This document shows, one piece after another, positions 20,049 through 30,008 of a stretch of DNA of 64,000 nucleotides. Origin of the DNA: Rubripirellula sp. Lineage in GTDB: Bacteria; Planctomycetota; Planctomycetia; Pirellulales; Pirellulaceae. The first letter of the stretch is position 1, and every line of letters begins with the position of its first letter. Below the pieces are notes generated by a model. It saw only the letters and a program-made list of their open reading frames with translations, was not told where the DNA came from and searched no databases. The stretch covers positions 6,912,001-6,976,000 of the forward strand of contig OZ244207.1 of NCBI GenBank assembly GCA_965216875.1, written 5' to 3'. A program made the translations under genes and the position numbers.

Positions 20049-21344
20049 CTATTCGTGCACGCCCTTGATCATGCTGGGTGCGAGAAAGACTCCACTGAAC
20101 ACCTCACTCGGGTGAAGTTCAACTTCGTTGTTTCGATACCCGGTTGCATCGAGTTGATCTTCCGTCAACGTGCCAGGAATCGGGAACCCAGGATTCAGAT
20201 AAAGGTCGCCGTTGCGATCACTGAAGCTTCGCACTGAACCGTCGGCAAAAAGCAAGTTAATCGCAAAGCCGCCCGAACCTGCATGGGTACCAGCCCACGC
20301 GAGTGTCGATTGAAGGTACATCCGGTTTCCTGCTCCACCGGTTGGTGGCTCACAAGAGCCATCCAATTCGCGCTTCCATTGCGTTTCCAATCGAGAGCCG
20401 TTGGATCCGATGCGTTTGATTTCCCGATCGCCCGTGTGATAGTAGGTCGGTCCTTCGCTGGCCGATTCACACAAAATTGTTCCCGCAGCGGCGAAGGTGC
20501 GTTCCGTCGAGTCGCCTCGCGCGAAGATGTCGGTCGAGTCATATGCGAAGGCGATTGGCGTGATCGCCTCATCGATATCACCTGGGCTCGCATCGCCTAG
20601 GAGCGGGATGTTGCTTTGCGGGATGTCGGTGACCGCAAGGAAGTCAACGCTCAACGGACCAAGCGTTTCGCGTTTGCCTCGTAAACCTTGTTGGGCAGCC
20701 TGGCCAGCCGTCCGAATGCTGTTGTCGCTTTCGCGGTATTGGATCCTTGGTGCAGTGTGAATCAGGAACCAGCTTGTTGCGTAGTTCGTGTTCAATCCTG
20801 ATTCGACGAAGTAACGCGTTACCAGAGCACGTCGTTCATCGGTCAACTCGTCAGTACTTGCAAAGCCCGAACTGGGTGAACCGGAACCTGAAATCCCATC
20901 CCAGTCTTGTTGGCCACACATGCCGTGGTTGTATCGGGCTCGTAGCGGCCCGGTCAGATCGTTCAATCCATCATTCGTTGGCAAACCATAAGCGTCGAGT
21001 AGTTTCTCGTTGACTCTCATCGTGTTGCTGGGACAGAGGACTGTCTCGGCGTCGGTCATGCCGACGTTGCGCAAGTCAGCCACCCAACCGTATCGGTCCA
21101 TGCAACCTTCACGCGAGTGGTCAAAGGCACCACTGCACAAGCGATTGTTGGGTGAACGTTGTGCATACCGCATCATGCCCACGCCCGCGTTTCGCAAATT
21201 GGCTTGGCATAGACTGCTGCGCGCCGCCTCTCTCGCTTTCACCACCGATGTGCTGATGAGGGCGGTTAGCAACGCGATGATCGCGACCACGACGAGTAGC
21301 TCGATCAACGTGAATGCAAATCGCCCTGTTGCCGAAGGTCTCAT
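20049..21344 (-). CDS. Prepilin-type DUF1559 protein (paralogue A)
   Basis: A^[31 protein letters not shown]-terminal H-x13-DG variant (HAGSGGFAINLLFADGSV). Confidence 0.92.
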   Translation of the reverse strand: MRPSATGRFAFTLIELLVVVAIIALLTALISTSVVKAREAARSSLCQANLRNAGVGMMRYAQRSPNNRLCSGAFDHSREGCMDRYGWVADLRNVGMTDAETVLCPSNTMRVNEKLLDAYGLPTNDGLNDLTGPLRARYNHGMCGQQDWDGISGSGSPSSGFASTDELTDERRALVTRYFVESGLNTNYATSWFLIHTAPRIQYRESDNSIRTAGQAAQQGLRGKRETLGPLSVDFLAVTDIPQSNIPLLGDASPGDIDEAITPIAFAYDSTDIFARGDSTERTFAAAGTILCESASEGPTYYHTGDREIKRIGSNGSRLETQWKRELDGSCEPPTGGAGNRMYLQSTLAWAGTHAGSGGFAINLLFADGSVRSFSDRNGDLYLNPGFPIPGTLTEDQLDATGYRNNEVELHPSEVFSGVFLAPSMIKGVHE

Positions 21345-21389
21345 TCTTTTGGTTCCCTGACGACGTTGGTGGCTGCCCCAATGCAGCGA

Positions 21390-21439
21390 AGTGTAGAGCC
21401 AACTTTCAAGCGGTCAAACGATTTTCATCGACTCTTCAT
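21390..21439 (-). promoter_or_regulatory. Putative sigma70 promoter for paralogue A with upstream tandem motif
   Basis: Minus strand: ATGAAGA/ATGAAAA direct repeats 11 bp apart (21433-21439, 21422-21428), then TTGACC (21412-21417)-16 nt-TACACT (21390-21395). Confidence 0.55.
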
Positions 21440-21669
21440 TCGCACGCTTACTCAAGAAGCAAGTGCGACAAGCTAGGAAACTAGAACTGCTCGAGTTAAT
21501 GAAGATTTCAAGAATTCAACGGCGTCAAAACGCGTTGGGTCTGGACAGAAAGTCGTCGGTTTTAAGAATCCGTACTGGCTGTGACGCGGTGGCTCAGTTG
21601 TGTGATGACTGGTGTCGCTTCACATAGGAAATGAATGCGTCAAGACTCATCAGGAGGCGGATTACGCCG

Positions 21670-22134
21670 ATGTCACTACTCATCCAACTTTGTGGGTTCC
21701 CACTACTGGGAATTCTGACAATTACATCGATCGGCTTGTCTGTGTTCGCGTGGTTCTTGGCGTTTCGCGTCCGCAACCAGCACTTGCTTGCCGCATATCT
21801 GCCGCTCACAGCACTTCCAATCCTTCCGGTGTTGTTTGTGCTGCTCACCGGCAACGTCTCCTCGATTGCGCTTCAAGTCAACGCGGACGCCGACATTGCA
21901 ATCGATTCGGGATTGGCATTTCAAATGAATCTCATTCCGCTCTTCGTCGGATTGCTTTTTGCGACGCCGGCCGCCGCAATCACAGTGACGGGCCGGTGGA
22001 TACTGGTCTGGCGCGAGAGTGGCGTGGAGTTGTTTCCCAAGAGTGATGAGCCCGAATCTCAGGTGATCGATCCGGCCGACTACGATGCCAAAGAAGCAGA
22101 AGACTACCTCGAGCAGCTGATTCGCCCTCGATAG
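21670..22134 (+). CDS. Hypothetical membrane protein (3 TM, acidic tail)
   Basis: AGGAGG upstream of ATG 21670; hydrophobic segments. Confidence 0.7.
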   Translation: MSLLIQLCGFPLLGILTITSIGLSVFAWFLAFRVRNQHLLAAYLPLTALPILPVLFVLLTGNVSSIALQVNADADIAIDSGLAFQMNLIPLFVGLLFATPAAAITVTGRWILVWRESGVELFPKSDEPESQVIDPADYDAKEAEDYLEQLIRPR

Positions 22135-22153
22135 GTTTTCGATCCAGAAGGCA

Positions 22154-22873
22154 CTACACGCCAAAATGACGTCGAAGCGCCATCGAAGCGGCGTCTTTTG
22201 AGTCGGAGGGGCCTTTGGGGCGGAGGTGTTCAGGGATCTTTTGCGGTCCCTTGGTTTCAGGTTCTGCCCCATCCGAATCTGCGACATTTGCATCCTCATC
22301 CGGCTTGTCTTTGGCGGCGGGTTTTGGAGGTTTGGCGACCGTTTCCGATTCAGCAGCTTGTTGCTGTGCCGTGTCCGCAGGATTGAGTTTGGATTCCTCC
22401 TCGAGTCGACGCCATTTCTCGTTGGCTTGATCGCGCGGTGGAACAAAGTCCAGGTTGGTGGTCAACGCGTCAAGTTCTCGTATCAGGTCTTCAGCGGATG
22501 AGTTGCCAGGCTCGGGGACCGCATCGGCGGTTGATTGGCTGTGTTCGGTGATGGGCTTGCCAGTATCCGCATCCCGTACGGAAATGCGAAACTTCCAATC
22601 GCCGATTTGGATTTTCTCGCGATGCGCCAGGACGCGTTCTTCGTTTTCGGCTAACCGTTCTCCGTCGACCAACGTCCCGTTGCGGCTATTCAAGTCCTGG
22701 ATGGTCACACGCGCGTCTGACACGACAATTACGCAATGGCGACGAGAGACCTTGTCACCTTTGAGGCAGAGGTCGCAATTGACGTGCCTGCCGACCAAAA
22801 ACTCTGCGACCTCGATCGGGACGCGCTGACCGCGACGACCACCGTTTCGATAGACAAGTTTGGAATGGATCAC
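22154..22873 (-). CDS. FHA domain protein
   Basis: LVGRHVNCDL, VSRRHC, DLNSRNGTLVDG; start tentatively GTG 22873. Confidence 0.88.
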   Translation of the reverse strand: MIHSKLVYRNGGRRGQRVPIEVAEFLVGRHVNCDLCLKGDKVSRRHCVIVVSDARVTIQDLNSRNGTLVDGERLAENEERVLAHREKIQIGDWKFRISVRDADTGKPITEHSQSTADAVPEPGNSSAEDLIRELDALTTNLDFVPPRDQANEKWRRLEEESKLNPADTAQQQAAESETVAKPPKPAAKDKPDEDANVADSDGAEPETKGPQKIPEHLRPKGPSDSKDAASMALRRHFGV

Positions 22874-23233
22874 GTCAGCTGACTTCGCCCCGAATGCAGC
22901 GTAAGAGGATGTCTGATAGTGAACAATCAAGCACGTCCGGCTGCGAAGTCAAGGTTACAATACGCGAATCTACCCCACCCGCTGGTGAAGGATTTGGATC
23001 TGGCATTCAGTATGTCGAGGAAAACGCGGCGATCCCATCTCGTCGGTCACGAAAACTTAAACGTTTCATCGAACAACATTCACATTGCCGAGGGAAAAAG
23101 GAGGCGTGCTTCGTGACGTGCGGGTGAGAGGTTGATGAAGACTTTGCGAGCATGCCAAAGCATTGCTCAGCTTGGCTTAAATTGATCGTCTTTCACTGCG
23201 AACTTAAGTGGTCAAACCAGACAACTGAGAGCG

Positions 23234-23815
23234 ATGTCCAAACTTGATCGACAGCTCGACGGACTCACTGGAGACGGACGCGTCGAGATTGAAATTTCAG
23301 AAGGACAGGACGTTGATGTCGGAGAGCTACATCAGCTACTTCGAAACGAAATCGATCGGCGTCACCATCGAATTCCTATCGATTTGCGTCGAGTTCATGG
23401 CGCTCCCGTCGAATTGATTGACGTGTTAATCAGTGCAGAGAAGTACGCGCGAAAGCAAGGTAAGATCCTAACGATCAGCTACGCGTTACCGCCGATGCAA
23501 GAAGCGCTCGATCCGATGCGACGACGAGCAACGAAATCGGCTCAGAAAGGGGACGAGGACGCCGGAGCTGCCGCCAAATCGTTGCTCGATGAGCAAAACG
23601 CGAGCGAGCATCGCTACGACATCACGAGAGCTGAGAAAATAGGACGCAAGCGAACGCGAAGGAATACGGGCAAGCAGTACGCGATCAAGCGGTACATTGT
23701 CTTGGGCTCGATTATCGCGGTCGCAACGCTTGCGATCGGCTGGATTGAATACGTGATTCTGTTCAACGAAAGTCCATCAACGGTTGTGCCTTCCAAGATT
23801 TTGGAAAGGCGGTAG
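23234..23815 (+). CDS. Hypothetical protein with STAS-like N-terminal domain and C-terminal TM
   Basis: IPIDLRRV...IDVLISAEKYARKQGKILTI resembles the STAS fold; TM YIVLGSIIAVATLAIGWI. Confidence 0.55.
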   Translation: MSKLDRQLDGLTGDGRVEIEISEGQDVDVGELHQLLRNEIDRRHHRIPIDLRRVHGAPVELIDVLISAEKYARKQGKILTISYALPPMQEALDPMRRRATKSAQKGDEDAGAAAKSLLDEQNASEHRYDITRAEKIGRKRTRRNTGKQYAIKRYIVLGSIIAVATLAIGWIEYVILFNESPSTVVPSKILERR

Positions 23816-23962
23816 CCGACGCACCCGGTCGCTGCGACGCTTGCCAAGCGAAGGCAGTGACGGCCGTGACCAAACGAACTTCAGTGATGACGTGCGAAGT
23901 CGAGTTGGCTCAGATACACTGGTTGGCTTCAACCATTTGCCACCACCAAATCTGAAATCCTC

Positions 23963-25363
23963 ATGCTGCGCACATTCTGTTTCCTCACGATCGCTTTCTG
24001 TTGTCTGTCGCTCCACGCGAACCGTCCCAATGTCATCTTGGTGATGTGCGATGATCTGGGATACGGCGATCCACAAAGCTTCAATGCCGATTCGCCCATC
24101 CAGACACCCCACATCGATGCGATGGTCAGCGACGGGTTGAAGTTCACTCGCTTTTACGCGGCAGCGCCAGTCTGTAGCCCGACGCGCGGAAGCTGTTTGA
24201 CGGGACGCCATCCCTATCGCTACGGGATCTACACCGCAAACGCAGGACACATGAGAGAGGGTGAGATCACGTTACCCGAGATCCTGAAGGAACAGGGGTA
24301 CACAACGGGCCACTTTGGAAAGTGGCACTTGGGAACGTTGACCAAGACGATCAAAGATGCGAATCGCGGCGGTCCGAAAGGCGCCAAGCACTTTGCCCTT
24401 CCTCAAACACACGGTTATGACACCGCGTTCGTGACCGAGTCCAAAGTGCCAACCTATGACCCGATGATCAAACCCGTTGGTGCAGGTAAACATGCTTGGG
24501 ATGCCATCGAGGATCGGTCGAAAGCACAAGCCTACGGAACCCGCTATTGGGATGAGGCGGGAGCCGAGGTGACAACGAACTTGCAGGGTGATGATTCAAA
24601 GTTGATCATGGATCGCGCCGTCGATTTCATTCAACAAGCTTCCAAAGAACAACAGCCCTTCTTCGCAGCGGTCTGGTTCCACGCTCCACACTTGCCCGTC
24701 GTGGCTGGCAAAGAGCACGTCAAACCCTATCAGCACTTCTCGGTCTATGAACGAAACTATTACGGCTGCATCACGGCGCTCGATCAACAAGTCGGGCGGT
24801 TGCGCGACACGCTCAAACGCCAGGGCGTCGACAGGAACACGATGATTTGGTTTTGCAGCGACAACGGTCCTGAAGGCCAGTCAGGGAAGGCACCGGGATC
24901 GGCGAGCGAATTTCGCGGACGCAAGCGATCTCTTTATGAAGGGGGAGTTCGAGTTCCCGGCGTGCTCGTTTGGCCCGGCCGAGTCAAACCGGGCGAAACC
25001 GATTTTCCATCGGTGACCAGCGACTACTTGCCAACCGTTCTGGATGCACTCGGTATCGGGTACCCGGACGGACGACCGCTTGATGGGGAGTCATTGCTAG
25101 GAGTGATTGAGGGCACGAAGTCCGAGCGGACCAGACCGATCGGGTTTCAATCTGCAAAACAGATTGCATGGCACGTTGGCAAACACAAGCTCTATAGCGG
25201 CAACGCCGGCAAGAACTGGGAGCTTTACGATTTGAGCGTCGACCCTCGCGAGGCCAACGACATCGCGAAAGATCACAAGTCGTTGGTGAAGCAGATGGTC
25301 AAAGCGGTGCGCGATTGGCAAGCCTCTTGCAAAGAGAGCGACAACGAGGCTGACTATCGCTAA
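23963..25363 (+). CDS. Arylsulfatase-family sulfatase
   Basis: PNVILVMCDDLGYGD, CSPTR, GKWHLG, SDNG, YEGGVRVP. Confidence 0.93.
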   Translation: MLRTFCFLTIAFCCLSLHANRPNVILVMCDDLGYGDPQSFNADSPIQTPHIDAMVSDGLKFTRFYAAAPVCSPTRGSCLTGRHPYRYGIYTANAGHMREGEITLPEILKEQGYTTGHFGKWHLGTLTKTIKDANRGGPKGAKHFALPQTHGYDTAFVTESKVPTYDPMIKPVGAGKHAWDAIEDRSKAQAYGTRYWDEAGAEVTTNLQGDDSKLIMDRAVDFIQQASKEQQPFFAAVWFHAPHLPVVAGKEHVKPYQHFSVYERNYYGCITALDQQVGRLRDTLKRQGVDRNTMIWFCSDNGPEGQSGKAPGSASEFRGRKRSLYEGGVRVPGVLVWPGRVKPGETDFPSVTSDYLPTVLDALGIGYPDGRPLDGESLLGVIEGTKSERTRPIGFQSAKQIAWHVGKHKLYSGNAGKNWELYDLSVDPREANDIAKDHKSLVKQMVKAVRDWQASCKESDNEADYR

Positions 25364-25393
25364 CGATTGTTGTCATCGGTGAGAAGAAAGTAC

Positions 25394-25528
25394 CACGAAT
25401 GACACGAATGACACGAATCAAGAGCTGAGCCGTGATCGCGTAAGCGGCCGGGCCTTCAGCGCTACTGCGCTTTGGCGTATGATTCGGCGGGTGGGGCAAG
25501 GGCCCGAGGCCTCACGGCCGGCGGCTCA
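25394..25528. repeat. REP-like intergenic element: 3x 9-nt repeat plus an inverted pair of imperfect palindromes
   Basis: cacgaatga-cacgaatga-cacgaatca (25394-25420); tgagccg...cgggcc (25426-25454) and its inverted relative ggcccg...cggctca (25501-25528), between convergent genes. Confidence 0.65.
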
Positions 25529-26447
25529 CGGGCGATTTCCGCCTTCCGATTGCCGAACAGACTCGGTCGACCAGCACGGCGGCGAGCGTTGCGGGAATAA
25601 GCATCAACAGTCGAATCGTTCCCATCGGCGCGTCATAGAATTGAAGCAGTGCCCCGATCAAGGCGACAGAACCTGAGAAGGTAAAGGCTGCCGCGATCCG
25701 CGCCGGGACGGTGACGATGTGAGTGCGGCGGTAGGGTAGACTTGCCAAGCCATAGCATGCCGTCCCCAGTAGGCAGAGCAGTGCTGCGGTAAGCACGGTG
25801 CTGATCACGGCACTCTGCCAACTCATGTTGGGTTGCAATGCAAACCCGCTCAAGGCACCAAAGAAAAGGCAGCCAGCCGAGAACCAAAAGATGCTTGCGT
25901 GAGTCTGGTTGCCTGTTTCAGGAACGGGTCTTCGTGGGACCGGCGAATTGTTGGACCGCCTGACCTGAACGGTGGCGACGATGGCGGATGCAATCAGGGT
26001 TACCATCAAGGTTAAGCCCCAAGAGGTGTATTCTCTTTGGAAACGCAGCAGTGACAAACACGTGTAAGCAACGCCCACGACCAAACCAAGCACGACGCCG
26101 GCAACCAATTGTGCGTTGCGATCGGCATTGGCTCGTTTGTGATCGAGAATTCGCAGGAGGAGGAAATAGAGGGCGACGACAAGCACCGATAACAGAGCCG
26201 TCGGAACGAGGCTCGAAACGAGCGTCAGGCCCAACGTGTTGAACGAGAAGAACCACCAGTAAGCCACACCATTGATGATGGCCAACACGGCCGCCGCAGC
26301 CCCGGCCATCCAGACCAAATCGGTGTTGCCCTGTTGAGGGACGACGATTTCCAGGTCTTCGACAGCTTCGGGGCTTTGATATGGATTTGCTGCGACATCG
26401 CCGGTTGATTCGGCAACCGACTGTGTATCGTCGCCCTGCTTGCTCAT
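25512..26447 (-). CDS. Hypothetical polytopic membrane protein
   Basis: NPYQSP N-terminal motif, about 8 hydrophobic segments; ATGA overlap with the serine hydrolase. Confidence 0.75.
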   Translation of the reverse strand: MSKQGDDTQSVAESTGDVAANPYQSPEAVEDLEIVVPQQGNTDLVWMAGAAAAVLAIINGVAYWWFFSFNTLGLTLVSSLVPTALLSVLVVALYFLLLRILDHKRANADRNAQLVAGVVLGLVVGVAYTCLSLLRFQREYTSWGLTLMVTLIASAIVATVQVRRSNNSPVPRRPVPETGNQTHASIFWFSAGCLFFGALSGFALQPNMSWQSAVISTVLTAALLCLLGTACYGLASLPYRRTHIVTVPARIAAAFTFSGSVALIGALLQFYDAPMGTIRLLMLIPATLAAVLVDRVCSAIGRRKSPVSRRP

Positions 26448-27829
26448 CGGATTCGTTTAGCCGTTTGGCGAATGCCGTTTTGGAACAGGGTCAGCGATTC
26501 GCACTCGCCGTCGCTGTTCATCTTGAACGTCAGCGAAGCTTGGACTTGCTTGTAGAACCATTCCGTTTCGGACTTTGGGTAGACGCGAAGTGTGGGTTGG
26601 TTTGCCAATCGTACCATCAGTTTCTTGTCGTCGACTTTGACATCGAAGACGAATCCAGGTGCGAGTTGGTACTTTCCCTCGTACCGCTTCATGACGTCCT
26701 CGGCGACTTCGATGGTCTTTTCAAATGTGCGAGGTTCGACCTCAGCACCGATCGCGACGCGGATCAGGTCGTTCGCGAGACGGTCGACCTCTCTTGTTGC
26801 GGTGTTGCAAAGGACAACCACAGCGGTGTTTTGTTGTCGATTGACAAGCAGCATGCTGTGATAGCCACCGGTTTGTCCATTGTGCCAACGTGTTTGGCCA
26901 TCACCAGCGAAGTGCCAACCAAGACCCATTTTTTGGCCAGCGTTAGCGTGTTCTTTCCATGCCAGTTCAATCGCTTTGCCGGTTGCATTGTCAGGCGGCG
27001 AGAGTTGCGCGGCGGCAAAGCGGAGCATGTCGTCGATCGTGCTTCGAATCCCACCAGCACCAGGCAGATCGGCAAAATCCCAGTTGTGATTAGGGGTGTT
27101 GCCCGTCGAATGCGGCAGGGCCAAACGTGACTTCATCGAATCAGTCATCGCAACCGAGGTGCTTTCCATCTTGAGCGGCGCGGTGATTCTCGCTTCAAGC
27201 ATCTCGTCGTAACTCACGCGGGAGGGTTGAGCGACGAGGTAGCCCAGTAGCGATGCGCCCAGATTCGAATACTGGTATTTCGAGCCGGGTGCTCGAATCA
27301 GCTTGTGATTGCTGACGAATTCGAATCCGAGTTTCGAAGTGTAATCGTGATACGGGTTGTTGCTCCGCAAACTTGGCATGTTGTTGCCAAGACGCGGTAG
27401 TCCAGATTGATGTGTCGCTAAGTCAAGGAGTGTGATCTCGCGATCTTCCCATTTGGGAAAGGTAGATCCCTTGGGTGCCAGTTCGGTGGCGGGTTGATCG
27501 AGTTTCACCTCGCCCGCTTCGACGGCGCTGGCAAGCAGAAGGCCGGTAAAGACTTTCGAAATGGAGCCGATTTCGTACACCGACTGATCGTTTGGTGTCA
27601 CACCTGGACGTGCTTCGCCAAAGTGAGCGGTCGTCCGATCGCCGCGACTGAGCACGCCAATCGAAATCGCTTTGGCGACTTCCGCATCGATATAGGGCTG
27701 AGTGTGAGCAGCGATGTTCTTCTTCAGGTCCGCACTTTGAGCAAATGCCGTGCTTCCAAAGAGGGCGAGTCCGATCGTGAAGGCTGAAAAGGAACGCCGA
27801 TGGATGAGGGCCAGGGGTGTTCGTCTCAT
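26444..27829 (-). CDS. Serine hydrolase, beta-lactamase/AmpC-like family, with C-terminal DUF3471-like domain
   Basis: EIGSISK (SxxK), LATHQSGL, YSN, HNGQTGG; C-terminal YEGKYQL. Confidence 0.9.
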   Translation of the reverse strand: MRRTPLALIHRRSFSAFTIGLALFGSTAFAQSADLKKNIAAHTQPYIDAEVAKAISIGVLSRGDRTTAHFGEARPGVTPNDQSVYEIGSISKVFTGLLLASAVEAGEVKLDQPATELAPKGSTFPKWEDREITLLDLATHQSGLPRLGNNMPSLRSNNPYHDYTSKLGFEFVSNHKLIRAPGSKYQYSNLGASLLGYLVAQPSRVSYDEMLEARITAPLKMESTSVAMTDSMKSRLALPHSTGNTPNHNWDFADLPGAGGIRSTIDDMLRFAAAQLSPPDNATGKAIELAWKEHANAGQKMGLGWHFAGDGQTRWHNGQTGGYHSMLLVNRQQNTAVVVLCNTATREVDRLANDLIRVAIGAEVEPRTFEKTIEVAEDVMKRYEGKYQLAPGFVFDVKVDDKKLMVRLANQPTLRVYPKSETEWFYKQVQASLTFKMNSDGECESLTLFQNGIRQTAKRIR

Positions 27830-28131
27830 CGTTGTCTAACTCCGGTGGAAAGGGACGCCTTTGAAGCCAAGCGGCTATCGATCACTTCGCATTCGTGCAA
27901 AGGGTTCGTGTCTTGGGAATGAATGGGATTGTTCAGATATTTTGCGAAAACTTTATGAGAGCTACCATCTGAGTGCCAATGTAACAGCCACACAAACGAA
28001 TCGGGCGGTTTTGTAGGTCCTGCGCCGCATGCTCAAGCCACAGCAATGCGTGCCGCACCGACCTGCGTCGCCAATACGAAACGATACCAAACACGTCTGT
28101 TGGTTTGCCCGCATCCGGGCAAAATCAAAAC

Positions 28132-29940
28132 ATGAGCGAAACTGAACAACCGATCAATCCGCACGAATCAGGCACGGGCGAAAACCAAACAGCGGCCCCG
28201 ACACAGGCAGTCGCGGAGACCGATCCGGTTACCGAATCGGACATCGATCCGCAAGTTGTGGCACCCACGGAACTAGCCTCACGGATGGCACGCCGACACG
28301 ATCTCGACGCACTGCGAGCGATCGCGATGTTGATGGGGATTCTGCTGCACGGCGCGCTTGCCTACGTGCCCATGCAAGAAGGCGGGTGGGCAGTTCAGGA
28401 TATCAATCAAAGCAAAGCCTTCGCGGTTGCGATGGCGATGGTGCACGGCTTTCGAATGCCATTGTTCTTCCTCATTAGTGGTTTCTTTACCGCGATGTTG
28501 TGGCGCAAACGCGGACTGAAGGCATTGATGTGGCACCGCACCAAACGCATTCTGTTGCCGCTGGTATTGGGTACCTTCACAATCGTGCCGGCGGTTTGGA
28601 TTTCGGTGCTGGGTGCCAATGCCTATATCGAAAAGTCAAATCGAATGACAGGGATTTGGCGGAGCGTCCAACAAGCAGATTTTCAAGCCACCAAAGAGCA
28701 CATCAATAGCGGCATCGACCTTGACCAACGCGAGCCAAGAAAGGGAATGACGGCGCTAACAATCGCGATGGGCAACAAGGACGTTGGAGCAAAAATGGCC
28801 GAGTTGTTGGTGGCTGGGGGCGCAGATGTCAACGCGCGCAACGTGGATGGCACGACGGCTCTACACGATGCGGCTCTGCTTGGAAACGTTGCCGCCTTCG
28901 AGTTCCTGATCAACGCGGGAGCTGATCCAACGTTAAAGGATCGTCTTGGAGAAGATGTTGCACAGAAGCTTCAAATGAGTTGGGGACGTACGTACGTCGC
29001 GGCGGGAATGCGGCAGAAACAATTGGCACCCGAGGCAACTTATGAGAATCGACTCGCCTGCGCTGCGATGATCGTTGACGATGTTGACCAACTGAGCATT
29101 GGCAGCGGCAATCCTCAGCTCGCCGGATTGTGGCTGATGGCGACGCTCTTTCCAGTGTTTCACCATCTGTGGTTCTTGTATTTCTTATGTTGGCTCGTGC
29201 TCGCGTTTGCACTGTACGCTTTGATTGCGCAGCGCACGTCGTTTCGATTGCCGCGTTGGATGATTGTCTCGCCGCTGCGCTACGCATGGCTGATTCCGTT
29301 AACCTTCTTGCCGCAAACGATGATGGGAGTGCTGTATCCCAACTTTGGGCCCGACACGACGACAGGATTGATGCCTGGGCCAGAGATCCTGTTCTACTAT
29401 GCGATCTTCTTTTTCTTTGGCGCGTTTTACTACGACGCCGACGACAAGACAGGAACGTTGGGGCGGTTTTGGCCCGTAACGCTTGCGCTAGCTTTGGCGA
29501 TCGTGTTTCCGATTGGTTACGACATGGTGTCGGGTAATTGGGGATTCACCGACCGCTGGCTGACCCACGATTGGTTCCGGTACGCGGCTGTGGCGATGCA
29601 AGTGTTGTACGTCTGGCTGATGACGTTCGGATTGATGGGGATGTTTCGTCGTCTCTTTGCGAACGAGAGCCCGGCGATGCGCTACATTTCCGATTCGTCT
29701 TATTGGCTGTACTTGATTCACTTACCGGTGATGGTCGTGATGCAGGCTGCCATCTACAACTGGCCGATCCCGGCGCTGGTCAAGTTCACGCTGATCTGTT
29801 TGGTAACGACCGTGATGTTGTTGATCAGTTATCGGTACTGCGTGCGTTACACACCCATCGGGACGCTGCTTAACGGGAAACGCGAGCGGCCAGAGCGTTC
29901 TCCGATCGAGGCAACGCTTGCTGGGCCGCCCACGACATGA
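28132..29940 (+). CDS. Acyltransferase_3 (OpgC/MdoC-like) protein with inserted ankyrin repeats
   Basis: RRHDLDALRA, HGFRMPLFFLISGFF, HHLWFLYFL, SYWLYLIHLP; internal GADVNARNVDGTTALHDAA. Confidence 0.88.
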   Translation: MSETEQPINPHESGTGENQTAAPTQAVAETDPVTESDIDPQVVAPTELASRMARRHDLDALRAIAMLMGILLHGALAYVPMQEGGWAVQDINQSKAFAVAMAMVHGFRMPLFFLISGFFTAMLWRKRGLKALMWHRTKRILLPLVLGTFTIVPAVWISVLGANAYIEKSNRMTGIWRSVQQADFQATKEHINSGIDLDQREPRKGMTALTIAMGNKDVGAKMAELLVAGGADVNARNVDGTTALHDAALLGNVAAFEFLINAGADPTLKDRLGEDVAQKLQMSWGRTYVAAGMRQKQLAPEATYENRLACAAMIVDDVDQLSIGSGNPQLAGLWLMATLFPVFHHLWFLYFLCWLVLAFALYALIAQRTSFRLPRWMIVSPLRYAWLIPLTFLPQTMMGVLYPNFGPDTTTGLMPGPEILFYYAIFFFFGAFYYDADDKTGTLGRFWPVTLALALAIVFPIGYDMVSGNWGFTDRWLTHDWFRYAAVAMQVLYVWLMTFGLMGMFRRLFANESPAMRYISDSSYWLYLIHLPVMVVMQAAIYNWPIPALVKFTLICLVTTVMLLISYRYCVRYTPIGTLLNGKRERPERSPIEATLAGPPTT

Positions 29941-30008
29941 GGACTTTTCGCAGCGCGCGACGAGTTTGTCTCTCCGGTGCAAGCTAAACTGAACGATTGT
30001 TGCGAAGC

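Noticed and set aside
25394..25420. 9-nt triple repeat as CRISPR or iteron
   Set aside because: Too short, no spacers, no rep or cas gene; treated as a REP-like element
26444..27829. Beta-lactamase as an antibiotic-resistance gene
   Set aside because: Motifs fit the broad serine hydrolase/peptidase family (HNG rather than KTG triad); no mobile context
28040..28058. Possible sigma54 promoter (CGGCACGCATTGC on the minus strand)
   Set aside because: GG-to-GC spacing is 8 nt, not the required 10
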